64,000 bases of DNA from an uncultured virus (IMG/VR IMGVR_UViG_3300027026_000009). Taxonomy: Duplodnaviria; Heunggongvirae; Uroviricota; Caudoviricetes. The translations under genes and the position numbers were made by a program. Every line of letters begins with the position of its first letter. Positions within the stretch are counted from its first letter, which is position 1. Below, piece after piece: positions 9,383 through 18,786 of the stretch. The notes below the pieces were generated by a model. That model was not told the origin of the DNA and ran no database searches. It saw only the letters and a program-made list of their open reading frames with translations. The stretch lies in the IMG/VR virus record IMGVR_UViG_3300027026_000009. One strand, 5' to 3'.

Positions 9383-9874
9383 ATGAAGGTCATTTACCAA
9401 TATTTTATTGAAAAAATCGATGTTCTACAACGTCTTATACAAGAACTGTATGATGAAATTGCCAGATGTCAACAGAATAATTTTAGGCTTAAATCAAACC
9501 TAAATGATTTGCGTAAACGATTACGTGACAAAGATTTTGAAATTGAACAGTTAAAGCACCATCTTAAATATCAAAAAAAAGAAGCTAGACGTAATATGGA
9601 AAATATTATAGATGAAAACATCGATTTAAAAAATAAGGTTGCTAATCTTAATGATAGAATTTTTCATGCTAAAGCCCAAGAAGAAGAAGCTATATGTTAT
9701 AAAGATAATCTTTTAGAAGAAAACATTGAATTAAAAAAGAGGGTTGCTAATCTTAATGATAGAATTTTTCATGCCAAAGTCCAAAAGGAAGGTTTGCTTT
9801 TCGACTTGCAATCTAAAGATTTAACCATTAAAGAACTAAAGAAAAAATTGCAATCAAATCACAAAAGATATTAA
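9383..9874 (+). CDS. Coiled-coil protein with 35-aa internal duplication
   Basis: VANLNDRIFHAK occurs twice. Confidence 0.65.
   Translation: MKVIYQYFIEKIDVLQRLIQELYDEIARCQQNNFRLKSNLNDLRKRLRDKDFEIEQLKHHLKYQKKEARRNMENIIDENIDLKNKVANLNDRIFHAKAQEEEAICYKDNLLEENIELKKRVANLNDRIFHAKVQKEGLLFDLQSKDLTIKELKKKLQSNHKRY
9637..9774. repeat. Direct repeat, 33-bp identical core, 105-bp period
   Basis: 9637-9669 equals 9742-9774. Confidence 0.9.
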
Positions 9875-9879
9875 GATAA

Positions 9880-10050
9880 ATGAAACCAAAATTGAGACAT
9901 AAACTTATTTTCTACTTTAAAATATTGGGTGTTATAGCAACCTTTATCGCTTTGTTCAAGGTCTATACAAAATCGTTCACGCCACTTGTCGTGACCGCTT
10001 TGCTGTTATTTTTAGTATCATTTTACATAGAACTTTTTACCAAGGATTAA
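9880..10050 (+). CDS. 56-aa two-TM membrane protein (not in ORF track)
   Basis: MKPKLRHKLIFYFKILGVIATFIALF...LVVTALLLFLVSFY. Confidence 0.6.
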   Translation: MKPKLRHKLIFYFKILGVIATFIALFKVYTKSFTPLVVTALLLFLVSFYIELFTKD

Positions 10051-10494
10051 TTGAAAGGACTTTTAAAAAGACCAGAAATTAAAAAGAAAAAGAATCTGCC
10101 CTTTGAAATTAGCAATGCTAAAAAAGAAGAAGGGCGTTATTGTTGTGCCTATGCTTGCCGTAATGCACCAGTACGGAAAAAGGGCGGTTTGTGCCATAAG
10201 CATTACGCTAGAAAATTACGCCATAAAGACCCGATTCAAGTAAGGTACAATCAGTTAAGAAGCAGTGCAAGGCAAAGAGGTCGAGAAGTCCGTTTCACCT
10301 TGGAAGAATTTAGGCAATGGTGTCATAGGCACGGTTATTTGACCATAAAGGGAAATCGGGGATATAACGCAACCTTGGACAGACGGTGCAATACGCAAGA
10401 TTACTACCTTTGGAACTTACAGCTTATGAGCCATAGAAGCAATGCCAGTAAAGGCAATAGAACCAATGGTGATAATTTTGAGTGTCCGTTTTAA
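10051..10494 (+). CDS. HNH-like endonuclease with N-terminal Zn finger
   Basis: C...C...GLC.KH; A..RG....FTLEEF; TLDR...Y...NLQ....N..K. Confidence 0.6.
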   Translation: MKGLLKRPEIKKKKNLPFEISNAKKEEGRYCCAYACRNAPVRKKGGLCHKHYARKLRHKDPIQVRYNQLRSSARQRGREVRFTLEEFRQWCHRHGYLTIKGNRGYNATLDRRCNTQDYYLWNLQLMSHRSNASKGNRTNGDNFECPF

Positions 10495-10510
10495 AAAAAA
10501 CACTTTTTTT

Positions 10511-10567
10511 GTCGTACTTTCGTCTTTTTTTCTTACATTTGTTCTGTAATCAAAAATGTTAGTTATG
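10511..10567 (+). promoter_or_regulatory. Early-class promoter
   Basis: GTCGTAC ... TACATTTG-4nt-GTAATCAAAA; 10532-10567 is identical to the reverse complement of 63230-63265. Confidence 0.8.
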
Positions 10568-11308
10568 ATAGTTCAAAACATGAAAAGCGGTCTTACTGTC
10601 GGTTTCGCTGAAGAATTTTATACGCTTTGGCACGTTGAAGCCCCAGATGAACATGGAAATCAAAGGGCTAATTATATTAAGAAAATTAGCAAGGACATCA
10701 ATAAGACCAAAGAACTTTACCCAAATGCTCATTATACCGATTTACGTGGCGAAAGTTGGCAAATCAATAGCCTACCTAAAATAGACCTTCCAGATGACGT
10801 TTTTCATTTTGGACGTTATTATGGGAAAAGATTTGCCGAAGTCAATGATCTGGATTACTTAAAATGGTATTACCGAACCGTTCCTAATGATATACTTAAA
10901 GATATTATCGTAAGTCATGGTCAGATTTTTTATGAAGGTTTGTTTTTTGACAACGAAAATGACCTCAATGAATTTAAGATTGAGCAAGAAGTCCAAAATA
11001 GACTAGAAAGCGATAAGGCTGTAAAAGTCGATGTTGAATTTTCAAGCAATCTTAGATTTGAACGTGATACCGAATTTGGTACGCTGTGTTCGGTTGCTGT
11101 GAATATTCTGGGATGTGATCGACATTATGCTATGTTTCCTTATGGTCAGAGGTTGTATTTTACAGATATGAATTTTGATATTGTTAAAAGGTCTTATGGC
11201 GGATATGTTTATTGTACGCCCGAGGGTTGGCGAACCATGAAGCGCAAAAGGTACACGGTAGAATATCACAAGAACCGATTTCTTAAAATTTTAAATCCAA
11301 TAAAATGA
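10565..11308 (+). CDS. Hypothetical protein with DUF3820/ExoX-C-like motif
   Basis: FHFGRYYGKRF.EV.DLDYLKWY. Confidence 0.6.
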   Translation: MIVQNMKSGLTVGFAEEFYTLWHVEAPDEHGNQRANYIKKISKDINKTKELYPNAHYTDLRGESWQINSLPKIDLPDDVFHFGRYYGKRFAEVNDLDYLKWYYRTVPNDILKDIIVSHGQIFYEGLFFDNENDLNEFKIEQEVQNRLESDKAVKVDVEFSSNLRFERDTEFGTLCSVAVNILGCDRHYAMFPYGQRLYFTDMNFDIVKRSYGGYVYCTPEGWRTMKRKRYTVEYHKNRFLKILNPIK

Positions 11309-11625
11309 GTAACTTAGTGCCATATAAAAATGCTAACGGCAATTTTCAAATATGTTTTAATAGCCCAATTTCAATCGATAACGGCTATACAAATGAGTTT
11401 CAAGGCAACTTTAAATCCACAATGGAACTATTTGTTGACAAAGATGGAAAACCATCAATGATCGAATGGGATGTGCCAGAACTTCAAACGACCGAGCATA
11501 TCGGATTGGAAATTACCCAAGGAATGATAACTGGCTATGATGGTGTTTTTGAAATTCCAAAAGAAGCGATTGTGCTTCTTGAATGTTGTGGCTATAAGGT
11601 TGATGATGATTTAAAAACCCTCTAA
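11305..11625 (+). CDS. Hypothetical protein
   Basis: Operon ORF. Confidence 0.65.
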   Translation: MSNLVPYKNANGNFQICFNSPISIDNGYTNEFQGNFKSTMELFVDKDGKPSMIEWDVPELQTTEHIGLEITQGMITGYDGVFEIPKEAIVLLECCGYKVDDDLKTL

Positions 11626-11626
11626 A

Positions 11627-12064
11627 ATGCAAAAAATTAAGAACGACCTAAAAAAAATTGGCTTTATAGACCCTATTAGGGCGCAAGACCTAGAAACTGG
11701 CGATTATTTCCACTTAACGCCAAAAGGTGAACTCTACCAAACCAAAAGTGTTGTATTTGACGAGACAAACCAAGTCTGCATTTATGCAATCGATGTTGAT
11801 ACTCAACACTCAAAGGAGTTTAGGATAGGTAAAAGCATATGGCTTGAAAAAGGTTGTCAGCCAGATCCAGATACGAACACTAGACAAATGACATTGCACA
11901 AGTGCATTGATAAGCTAATGGACTATTTTAATTCGCAAAACTGGAAAGTAGTCGATAGCAGTGGTCTTGTCGTATTAAGTGAAAAGATAAAGAAGGGTTA
12001 CACCTTCGATAAATTAGAACAATCTCAATCATTTGAACAAAAACAAATTAACCATGAACCATAA
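11627..12064 (+). CDS. Hypothetical protein
   Basis: Operon ORF. Confidence 0.65.
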   Translation: MQKIKNDLKKIGFIDPIRAQDLETGDYFHLTPKGELYQTKSVVFDETNQVCIYAIDVDTQHSKEFRIGKSIWLEKGCQPDPDTNTRQMTLHKCIDKLMDYFNSQNWKVVDSSGLVVLSEKIKKGYTFDKLEQSQSFEQKQINHEP

Positions 12065-12152
12065 AGACGACATAGACTTTGACTATTTATTTGCTTTTAT
12101 AGGATTAGTAGGAGTAGTAATTTTCATTATTCTTGCAGTATTAGCCCCATAA
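12054..12152 (+). CDS. 32-aa single-TM peptide (not in ORF track)
   Basis: MNHKDDIDFDYLFAFIGLVGVVIFIILAVLAP. Confidence 0.5.
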   Translation: MNHKDDIDFDYLFAFIGLVGVVIFIILAVLAP

Positions 12153-12162
12153 ATTTGCAAAA

Positions 12163-12199
12163 GTCATACTTTTGACCTATATTTGAATTGTAATCAAAA
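12163..12199 (+). promoter_or_regulatory. Early-class promoter
   Basis: GTCATAC-TTTTGACC-TATATTTG-4nt-GTAATCAAAA. Confidence 0.8.
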
Positions 12200-12208
12200 C
12201 TTTATATT

Positions 12209-12547
12209 ATGAATACCAAGAACTTAGCCACTTTGTTTGCGCTTTTGTTAGCGTTATTTTCGTGTGAACCAGAACCGATTGAACCGCCAGACCCCACTGG
12301 AAACAGTGATCTTTGCGAACATTCCGAGATTTATTGTGAATTTCCAGATGTAATGTCTAGGATTTTTGATGGCGATAGCGAGGATGATATAGGTAACTAT
12401 ATCACGACAAGAACCGTTTCGGATTTTTTCGATGAAGGAACTTATGAGGATTATGTAGGAACTACTATTGGTTTTTACCTTATTCCTACTGAAGAACAAG
12501 AAGAAGAAGGTGTGCCTATCGGATGGCTGTTTGTTGAAGTCAATTAA
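12209..12547 (+). CDS. Acidic lipoprotein
   Basis: Signal II-like LALLLALFS-C followed by acidic residues. Confidence 0.75.
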   Translation: MNTKNLATLFALLLALFSCEPEPIEPPDPTGNSDLCEHSEIYCEFPDVMSRIFDGDSEDDIGNYITTRTVSDFFDEGTYEDYVGTTIGFYLIPTEEQEEEGVPIGWLFVEVN

Positions 12548-12556
12548 TTACTTATT

Positions 12557-12928
12557 ATGGAAAGATTAACATGGTCATTTTTTAAGGACAATCTTGAACC
12601 GACCACTCTTGGTCACTTTAATAGATGTCCAGAAGGGCTTACCGAAATAGGTGAGGAACAGTTTATGTCAAACCTATTTTATTATTCTTTTGCACGAATG
12701 GAATTGCGCCAAGTCAGACAAGGAATAAACTTTAGGTTAAGAATGTTCCCGCTTTCAAGGTATGACCGTGCAAATATGGGATTTGCTATTTTGGAAGAAT
12801 GGCGTGACCTAGAGACAAGCGAACGTCTGAATAAGAGTAGGTTTCGCTATATGCGTTACGGCAAAGAAGAAGAATGGAACGCTTTCACAAAGCTTTTCAA
12901 TAGCCAATTTAAGGGCGATAACAGTTAA
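12557..12928 (+). CDS. Hypothetical protein
   Basis: Operon ORF. Confidence 0.65.
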   Translation: MERLTWSFFKDNLEPTTLGHFNRCPEGLTEIGEEQFMSNLFYYSFARMELRQVRQGINFRLRMFPLSRYDRANMGFAILEEWRDLETSERLNKSRFRYMRYGKEEEWNAFTKLFNSQFKGDNS

Positions 12929-12940
12929 TAATTAGAAATT

Positions 12941-13243
12941 ATGAGTACAGATTCGATTAAATTACCAGATTTCCTTCCAGACGATACAATCGTCTATGAA
13001 GGTGCGGAAGTTCATAACCCCTTTACGAAAGATGGGATTGAACTGACTTCGCTAGAAAGAACTATTTACCATGCGATACTTAAAGCAGAAAGCACAGCGC
13101 AAAAAATGGATAGAAAGTTTATTGAGACTATGGATCCTAATGACGCTAACCCAGACGCAGTTAAGTATTGGGAAATTGTCAGAAACGGCAGTGCATGGTT
13201 TAAAGAGAACAATGCCAAAGCTTACATGGTATTGATTGACTAA
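12941..13243 (+). CDS. Hypothetical phage protein
   Basis: C-terminal WFKENNAKAYMVLID; followed by a terminator. Confidence 0.65.
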   Translation: MSTDSIKLPDFLPDDTIVYEGAEVHNPFTKDGIELTSLERTIYHAILKAESTAQKMDRKFIETMDPNDANPDAVKYWEIVRNGSAWFKENNAKAYMVLID

Positions 13244-13261
13244 CTAACATTTAAAGTGAGC

Positions 13262-13294
13262 AAGGGAAGGGTGTTGAACCTTTCCCTTTTTTTT
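13262..13294 (+). terminator. Rho-independent terminator
   Basis: AAGGGAAGG/CCTTTCCCTT stem plus T-tract, followed by a TACCTTTG -7 box. Confidence 0.8.
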
Positions 13295-13308
13295 ATACCT
13301 TTGGAACT

Positions 13309-13959
13309 ATGACACTAAACAAATCTTTTTTTATTGGTATTCCTACCATAAATCGGGCAGACTTGCTCAATGACGCACTTGATAAATACGTGGATGACTT
13401 TCCGAATGTCGAAATTTTTATTGTTGACAATGGTAAACAAGATATTCCGCTTGAAAGACATGAAAGAGTTAATGTATGGCGATCGCAACAGAACTTAGGA
13501 GTTGCTAAATCTTGGAATCATATATTGTCCACTGGCTTTCTGGTAACGGATGCCGATCATGCACTGATCTTGAACGATGATATTTACTTGGGCTTGGATA
13601 AAAGCGCAATAGAAGATATGATAGGTGTAATGCTTACACAGAAAATAGATGTGCTTCAAGGCGAAAACCATTTTTGTTCTTTTATTATTAACCGTGACGT
13701 GTTTACAGCGTTGAACGGATTTGACGAGACTTTTTATCCCGCTTATTTTGAGGACAATGATTTTAGGTATAGGATGAAGCTTGCCAATAGGCACGTTGTC
13801 ACTACTTCAATGCTAACGCCAAAAGTTTACCGAAACAGCCAATCGATAGCCAAAGACCCGAACCTCAACCAAAGGTTTAATGTCAATAGAAATTACTATA
13901 TCCAGAAGTGGGGCGGTCAGCCAAATGAAGAAACCTATAAAACGCCATTTAATAAATAA
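13309..13959 (+). CDS. Glycosyltransferase family 2
   Basis: IGIPT.NR, IVDNG, NLGVAKSWN, LILNDD, GFDE.FYPAYFEDND. Confidence 0.9.
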   Translation: MTLNKSFFIGIPTINRADLLNDALDKYVDDFPNVEIFIVDNGKQDIPLERHERVNVWRSQQNLGVAKSWNHILSTGFLVTDADHALILNDDIYLGLDKSAIEDMIGVMLTQKIDVLQGENHFCSFIINRDVFTALNGFDETFYPAYFEDNDFRYRMKLANRHVVTTSMLTPKVYRNSQSIAKDPNLNQRFNVNRNYYIQKWGGQPNEETYKTPFNK

Positions 13960-13963
13960 CTAT

Positions 13964-14245
13964 ATGAAACCAATTGTTACAAAAGAGGTAATGGTAAAAC
14001 ATAAAGTCCTTTTTATGTCATCCCACATAGTCAATTCAATCATTCTTTTTATAAAGGATGTTGGTGAAAAATCATTTTTGCAAATGACTAGATATACGGA
14101 ACAAGATTTGTCAGATATGGTGAACTATTCCTATGAGTTTACCCTTGATGATATTGCACACCTATCAACTTTTTTAAATTTAGGTATAACGGTGATTACC
14201 AACTATGAATCACAACCAGTTAGTAATGAGCAAAAAGAAGAATAA
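13964..14245 (+). CDS. Small XRE-like HTH protein
   Basis: TEQDLSDMVN...FTLDDIAHL...L. Confidence 0.4.
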   Translation: MKPIVTKEVMVKHKVLFMSSHIVNSIILFIKDVGEKSFLQMTRYTEQDLSDMVNYSYEFTLDDIAHLSTFLNLGITVITNYESQPVSNEQKEE

Positions 14246-14972
14246 TTTTCCGCCAGACGACCTCACCGTGTTTATGGAAAAGTACCCTAATTTTAAGGAC
14301 TATCCAGAGCATATTTTAACGAGAATTGCAGAGAAAGAAATCGAAATGCGTGAAAACAATGACATTCATGCTACTGCAATAATCGGTGAATTTGTCGAAA
14401 TGGGCAAAGGCAATGTAATTGGGGCAAATACGATTATCGAAGGGTTTACGAAAATTGGCGACAATAACAAAATATCGTCCAATGCCGTTATAGGTACGCC
14501 ACCAGAACATAAAAAGTTCTGGAACAACAAACTCAATGCGGGAGTAAACATTGGTGACGGCTGTGTTATAAGGGAATTTACCACTATAAATGCGGGATGT
14601 CATTTACCTACAACCCTAGAGGATAGGGTAATAATGCTTCGTGGTTCGCACGTTGGTCACGATAGTAAAATCATGCGTGACGCTACGTTAAGCTGTAACG
14701 TGCTTATAGGCGGTCATAGCCTAATAGGTATTTTTACCAATTTTGGTCTTGGTGCTGTTTGCCATCAATATACAAGAATAGGTCATTACTCTATGGTTGG
14801 TATGAACGCTACAATAACAAAGTCCATACTGGATATGAAAAACACTAGCTTTTGTAAGTTTGTTGGAACGCCCGCAAAGGTTATAGGTAAGAACACCTTT
14901 TGGACGGACGAACTTGAACATAAGGATATTGCCCAAATAAGTAATCAATTCAATCACGAGGTATGGGAATAG
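14226..14972 (+). CDS. LpxA-like hexapeptide acyl/acetyltransferase
   Basis: Hexapeptide repeats; IREFTTINAG, HVGHD, VCHQY, FVGTPAK. Confidence 0.85.
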   Translation: MSKKKNNFPPDDLTVFMEKYPNFKDYPEHILTRIAEKEIEMRENNDIHATAIIGEFVEMGKGNVIGANTIIEGFTKIGDNNKISSNAVIGTPPEHKKFWNNKLNAGVNIGDGCVIREFTTINAGCHLPTTLEDRVIMLRGSHVGHDSKIMRDATLSCNVLIGGHSLIGIFTNFGLGAVCHQYTRIGHYSMVGMNATITKSILDMKNTSFCKFVGTPAKVIGKNTFWTDELEHKDIAQISNQFNHEVWE

Positions 14973-15625
14973 AGCGTTTTACGATTTTTGGCGAAAGATG
15001 TTCTGGCACTAACTTTTTAGCCCATGCCATGATGAACAATTTTGATATTCCTTTGACTTGGGATTTTGGCTATAAGCACTTCTTTGGTCACAATAGCTAT
15101 GAAGGTCAAGAAAACTGTCTGTTTTTGTGTATTGTGCGTAATCCGTTGGACTGGTTCAACAGTATGTACCGAACACCGCACCATTTTAGGTTTGAAATGC
15201 GACACCATCGCAATAATTTTTTGAACTTGCCAGTCATAAGTTACGAGCGTGTAACGCCTACGCATGAGATTAAGGACAAAGAGATTCTTCAAGACCGAAA
15301 TATGCACACTGGCGAACACTACAAGAACATATTTGAACTTAGAACCGTTAAGTTTGACTACCTTATTAACAGACTTCCAAAACTTGTTGATAACTGGCAT
15401 ATTCTTACCCTTGGCGAACTTCAGAGATACTATAAGAAGGAACTTGGCGAGATAACCGCTAAGTTTGACCTAAGCAAAAAACATGAACATTTTCACGGTG
15501 TACCGAACTACAAAGGCGGAAATGTTAGGTACAATCCCAATAGGGAACTACATAATGAGTTTAAAATCGAGGATATAAGGTACGGACTTGATCTAAGTAT
15601 TGAAACATTGCTTTTTGACCTATGA
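14963..15625 (+). CDS. Sulfotransferase-like protein
   Basis: 5'-PSB-like GERCSGTNFL; 3'-PB-like VRNPLDWFNS. Confidence 0.7.
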   Translation: MGIERFTIFGERCSGTNFLAHAMMNNFDIPLTWDFGYKHFFGHNSYEGQENCLFLCIVRNPLDWFNSMYRTPHHFRFEMRHHRNNFLNLPVISYERVTPTHEIKDKEILQDRNMHTGEHYKNIFELRTVKFDYLINRLPKLVDNWHILTLGELQRYYKKELGEITAKFDLSKKHEHFHGVPNYKGGNVRYNPNRELHNEFKIEDIRYGLDLSIETLLFDL

Positions 15626-16275
15626 TTGAACAACCTATTTTAAGACCCAGACTTACGGTAAGCGTACCTTGTTACGGCAGACCTCAACGAACAATTAGGG
15701 CGGTCGAGTGTATTGCCAAGCAAAAATCCTATAACTTTGAAGCTTTGGTCACTGGTGATGGGTGTCCAGTAATGCAAGACTTTATAAATAGTGGTGAATT
15801 TAACGATATGCAAAAAGAAATCGAGGGTAAGAACTCAAAATTGATTTTGCATAATATGGATAAAAACCATGGTGGAAGCGGTTATTACGTGACGAATTAT
15901 CACATTAAGAAGGCTACTGGAACTTACTTTATATTTTATGCCAATGACGATGTTATATTGGACAATCACTTTGAACACTATTTAAGCGAAATAGAGAACA
16001 CTGATTATGGCTTTGTCTATTTCAATTCATTTGTCAAGCCGTACCATCATATAAGGGTGTCTAGTTTAAAATTTGGAAGTATTGGACACAGTGAAATAAT
16101 AGTCCGTACCGATTTGATAAAGGCAATGCCAGAACATACGCCAGAATACGGTCACGATTGGAAGTTAATAGATAACCTTGTGCAAAGTGACTGTAAGTAT
16201 AAAAAGGCAAATTCAGCAATTCCCACTTATTATGTTATGAGCCTACCGAACCACAGAGAAAAAAATATAGATTAA
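15622..16275 (+). CDS. Glycosyltransferase family 2
   Basis: VSVPCYGR, V.GDGC, FYANDD, GHDW. Confidence 0.8.
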   Translation: MIEQPILRPRLTVSVPCYGRPQRTIRAVECIAKQKSYNFEALVTGDGCPVMQDFINSGEFNDMQKEIEGKNSKLILHNMDKNHGGSGYYVTNYHIKKATGTYFIFYANDDVILDNHFEHYLSEIENTDYGFVYFNSFVKPYHHIRVSSLKFGSIGHSEIIVRTDLIKAMPEHTPEYGHDWKLIDNLVQSDCKYKKANSAIPTYYVMSLPNHREKNID

Positions 16276-16276
16276 G

Positions 16277-16615
16277 ATGAAATTACAAGAAATTAAACTA
16301 AACGACATTAAAGATGGCGACATTATTTACGCTTACATTGATCCAGAATTAAATGATTTTATCGGTGACGACTATCTTTTAACCGATACAGATATGTTCT
16401 TAATTGTTGATGACGCATCCGCCTTGTCAACAAATAATGAAATTTTAACTAACGGTGGTTTTCTTGTATCTTTAAGACCCGATTTGCCAGTTTTTAAAAT
16501 AGGCACGTATGCTTCATTACTACGTGAAATTACGAAACTTTCTGGTGTTCTGGCGAGCGCAGAGCAATTAGCTGAATTGAGATTAAAAAGTATAGTTAAA
16601 AAGTCAAATCAATGA
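16277..16615 (+). CDS. Hypothetical protein
   Basis: Operon ORF. Confidence 0.6.
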   Translation: MKLQEIKLNDIKDGDIIYAYIDPELNDFIGDDYLLTDTDMFLIVDDASALSTNNEILTNGGFLVSLRPDLPVFKIGTYASLLREITKLSGVLASAEQLAELRLKSIVKKSNQ

Positions 16616-16821
16616 GATTTTTTTACAGATTTGTTTTTCTGTTAATTCCGAACCTTCCGTTTCTGCTTTTATATGCAGTATTTACAGCTACATACGCATA
16701 CGCAATAGACAGAGTTACAGAAGAATTTAAGGAAGAACTTATTGAATTTTACAGAGCAAAGATCAAGAATTTTGTAGCCATTGTTTTTTGGCTATGGTTA
16801 ACCCTAAATATAATATTCTGA
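16612..16821 (+). CDS. Small two-TM membrane protein
   Basis: Two hydrophobic segments. Confidence 0.6.
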   Translation: MRFFYRFVFLLIPNLPFLLLYAVFTATYAYAIDRVTEEFKEELIEFYRAKIKNFVAIVFWLWLTLNIIF

Positions 16822-16822
16822 A

Positions 16823-18169
16823 ATGACAAAAGACACTAAAAGAACACCAATGAAAGTAGTTAAAAACGACAAGAAGAAACCTTATGGGCTTACGGCTGAT
16901 GAAGCTATCAAGAACCTTCAATTATCGCTTTCGGAAAAGGATGAACTCAATAAGTACAAAACAGTATTGATTCATGCTGATTGGAATTGCGCCACTGGAT
17001 TCGGTATGGTAATGAAAAAGTTGATGGAACAATGGCTGAAGAACGAAAACTGGATATTTTTCATACTTGGAATAAACGACCCAACTGGAAAGGAATATGA
17101 AGAACATGAGCGTATCTATGTATTTCCCGCTTTGCCCAATGATGATAACAACGAACCTTTTGGGCGTATAAAGCTATTGCAGAAGCTTTATCTGCTAAAC
17201 GTTGACTACCTTTTTTGCCTTAATGACCCAGAAGTTCTAAATCCTATCGGTAAGGAACTTGACAAAATCAATAAAAAGAAGAAAAAGCAAGGTCGAAAAC
17301 AGTTCAAGTCGGTCGCTTATATGCCAGTTGACAGCGAGATTAGACCAGTAGATGCCGACAAGCTTGCTTGGTTCGATGAAATATGTACCTATACTCATTA
17401 TGCAAAGGTCAACTTCCAGAACGTCCTTAAAAAGTCAAAGGAAATTCACGTTGTACCACATGGTATGGATCCTAAAGATTTTTTCGAGGATAAGAAAGGT
17501 CGTGAAAAGGCTCGTAAAAAGCTATTGGGCAAAAATCACAACGACAAATTCCTTATTGGAACTGTCAACCGTAATCAACCTAGAAAGGACGTAGGAACGT
17601 TGCTTTTGTCGTTTAAAGAGTTTCTGAAGTCAGAACCCGAAGCTATTCTGTACCTTCACATGAACCCGACTGATAGTGTAGGTCTTAATATAGAAAGGGC
17701 TTGCAGTAGAATTGGTTTGAAATATAGAACCAATGTTTTAGTGCCAAAAGATTTTAACGAAAACGAAGGTGTAAGCTTGAAAGAGTTGAACGACATCTAT
17801 AATGCTATGGATTGTTTTGTTACCACTACAACGGCTGAAGGATGGGGATTGACCGTTACCGAAGCTATGGCGACAAAGACACCAGTTGTATGTCCATTGC
17901 ACACTAGCTTGCCAGAGGTCACTGGTCTTGGCAATGTTTTTGGATATACCAATCTCGAAGAAAGATTTTTTGTGCATGATTACGAGAAGGTGCGCTATGT
18001 AAGCGACCCTATGGTGGTTGCCCATAACATTTTTAAGGTTTATGAAATGCTGAACGGAAATAGCAAAGCAAAACAGAAGCTTTCTAAAAAGGTGCATGAA
18101 GCGCAAAAATTTATCTATAAACGACAATGGAAGCAAATTGCGGATTATATGTTTAACTTATTTAATTAG
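16823..18169 (+). CDS. Glycosyltransferase family 4 (GT-B)
   Basis: TGFG, VPHG.D, NRNQPRKD, EGWGL...EAMA (EX7E). Confidence 0.9.
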   Translation: MTKDTKRTPMKVVKNDKKKPYGLTADEAIKNLQLSLSEKDELNKYKTVLIHADWNCATGFGMVMKKLMEQWLKNENWIFFILGINDPTGKEYEEHERIYVFPALPNDDNNEPFGRIKLLQKLYLLNVDYLFCLNDPEVLNPIGKELDKINKKKKKQGRKQFKSVAYMPVDSEIRPVDADKLAWFDEICTYTHYAKVNFQNVLKKSKEIHVVPHGMDPKDFFEDKKGREKARKKLLGKNHNDKFLIGTVNRNQPRKDVGTLLLSFKEFLKSEPEAILYLHMNPTDSVGLNIERACSRIGLKYRTNVLVPKDFNENEGVSLKELNDIYNAMDCFVTTTTAEGWGLTVTEAMATKTPVVCPLHTSLPEVTGLGNVFGYTNLEERFFVHDYEKVRYVSDPMVVAHNIFKVYEMLNGNSKAKQKLSKKVHEAQKFIYKRQWKQIADYMFNLFN

Positions 18170-18174
18170 ATACT

Positions 18175-18657
18175 ATGGAATATTTATGGATTATAGCCAT
18201 ATTGATTGTTGCAGTTTTAATTTTCTTTCTGACCAGAAAAAAGAAAAAGGACATCAAGGATATAGATGTTCAATTTGAGCCAGTTAACGATAATGGCGGT
18301 TTAGAAGAATTTCTTGACGACCTTGATAATTGGGAAGGTGAAGGGAAATATCTATTGGAACGTTCGATAAATTTTGATTTATCTGAACAAGCCAATCAAA
18401 TGCCATTTACGGTTGCGACACATTCTGGAAATCGAAAAAAGAAACAGACTGAAATTATTTTGGCACATTTGAGGGCTAACGGTGTCATAGGGATAACAAA
18501 GCAAATGGCAAAGGATTATTATAGGATCAAGAACCTTTCTTCCCAGATTACCAAGCTTAGAAAAAGCGGATATGAAATAATTTTGGTGCATGACGATTAC
18601 ACAAAGGACGACAAACCTATTGGAAAAACACGATATGTAATGCTTTCGACCGTTTAA
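18175..18657 (+). CDS. Membrane-anchored winged-HTH protein
   Basis: N-terminal TM; Q...IL.HL...G.IT...A...Y.I..LS..I..LRK.GY.I. Confidence 0.7.
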   Translation: MEYLWIIAILIVAVLIFFLTRKKKKDIKDIDVQFEPVNDNGGLEEFLDDLDNWEGEGKYLLERSINFDLSEQANQMPFTVATHSGNRKKKQTEIILAHLRANGVIGITKQMAKDYYRIKNLSSQITKLRKSGYEIILVHDDYTKDDKPIGKTRYVMLSTV

Positions 18658-18701
18658 TTCTTTTGTCATTTTTTTTAGTTTTAATTGTTCATTTCGGTTA
18701 T

Positions 18702-18758
18702 AATTGCAGTTATATATCGTACTGACCGCCATATATTTGTGGCGGTTTTTTAATTTTG
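18702..18758 (+). promoter_or_regulatory. Late-class promoter (upstream box plus -7 box)
   Basis: AATTGCAG ends at 18709, TAATTTTG starts at 18751 (offset 42). Confidence 0.55.
18724..18751 (+). terminator. Rho-independent terminator
   Basis: ACCGCCA/TGGCGGT stem plus T-tract. Confidence 0.8.
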
Positions 18759-18786
18759 ATAATTAGAGTGAAAAATTTATTGCAAT

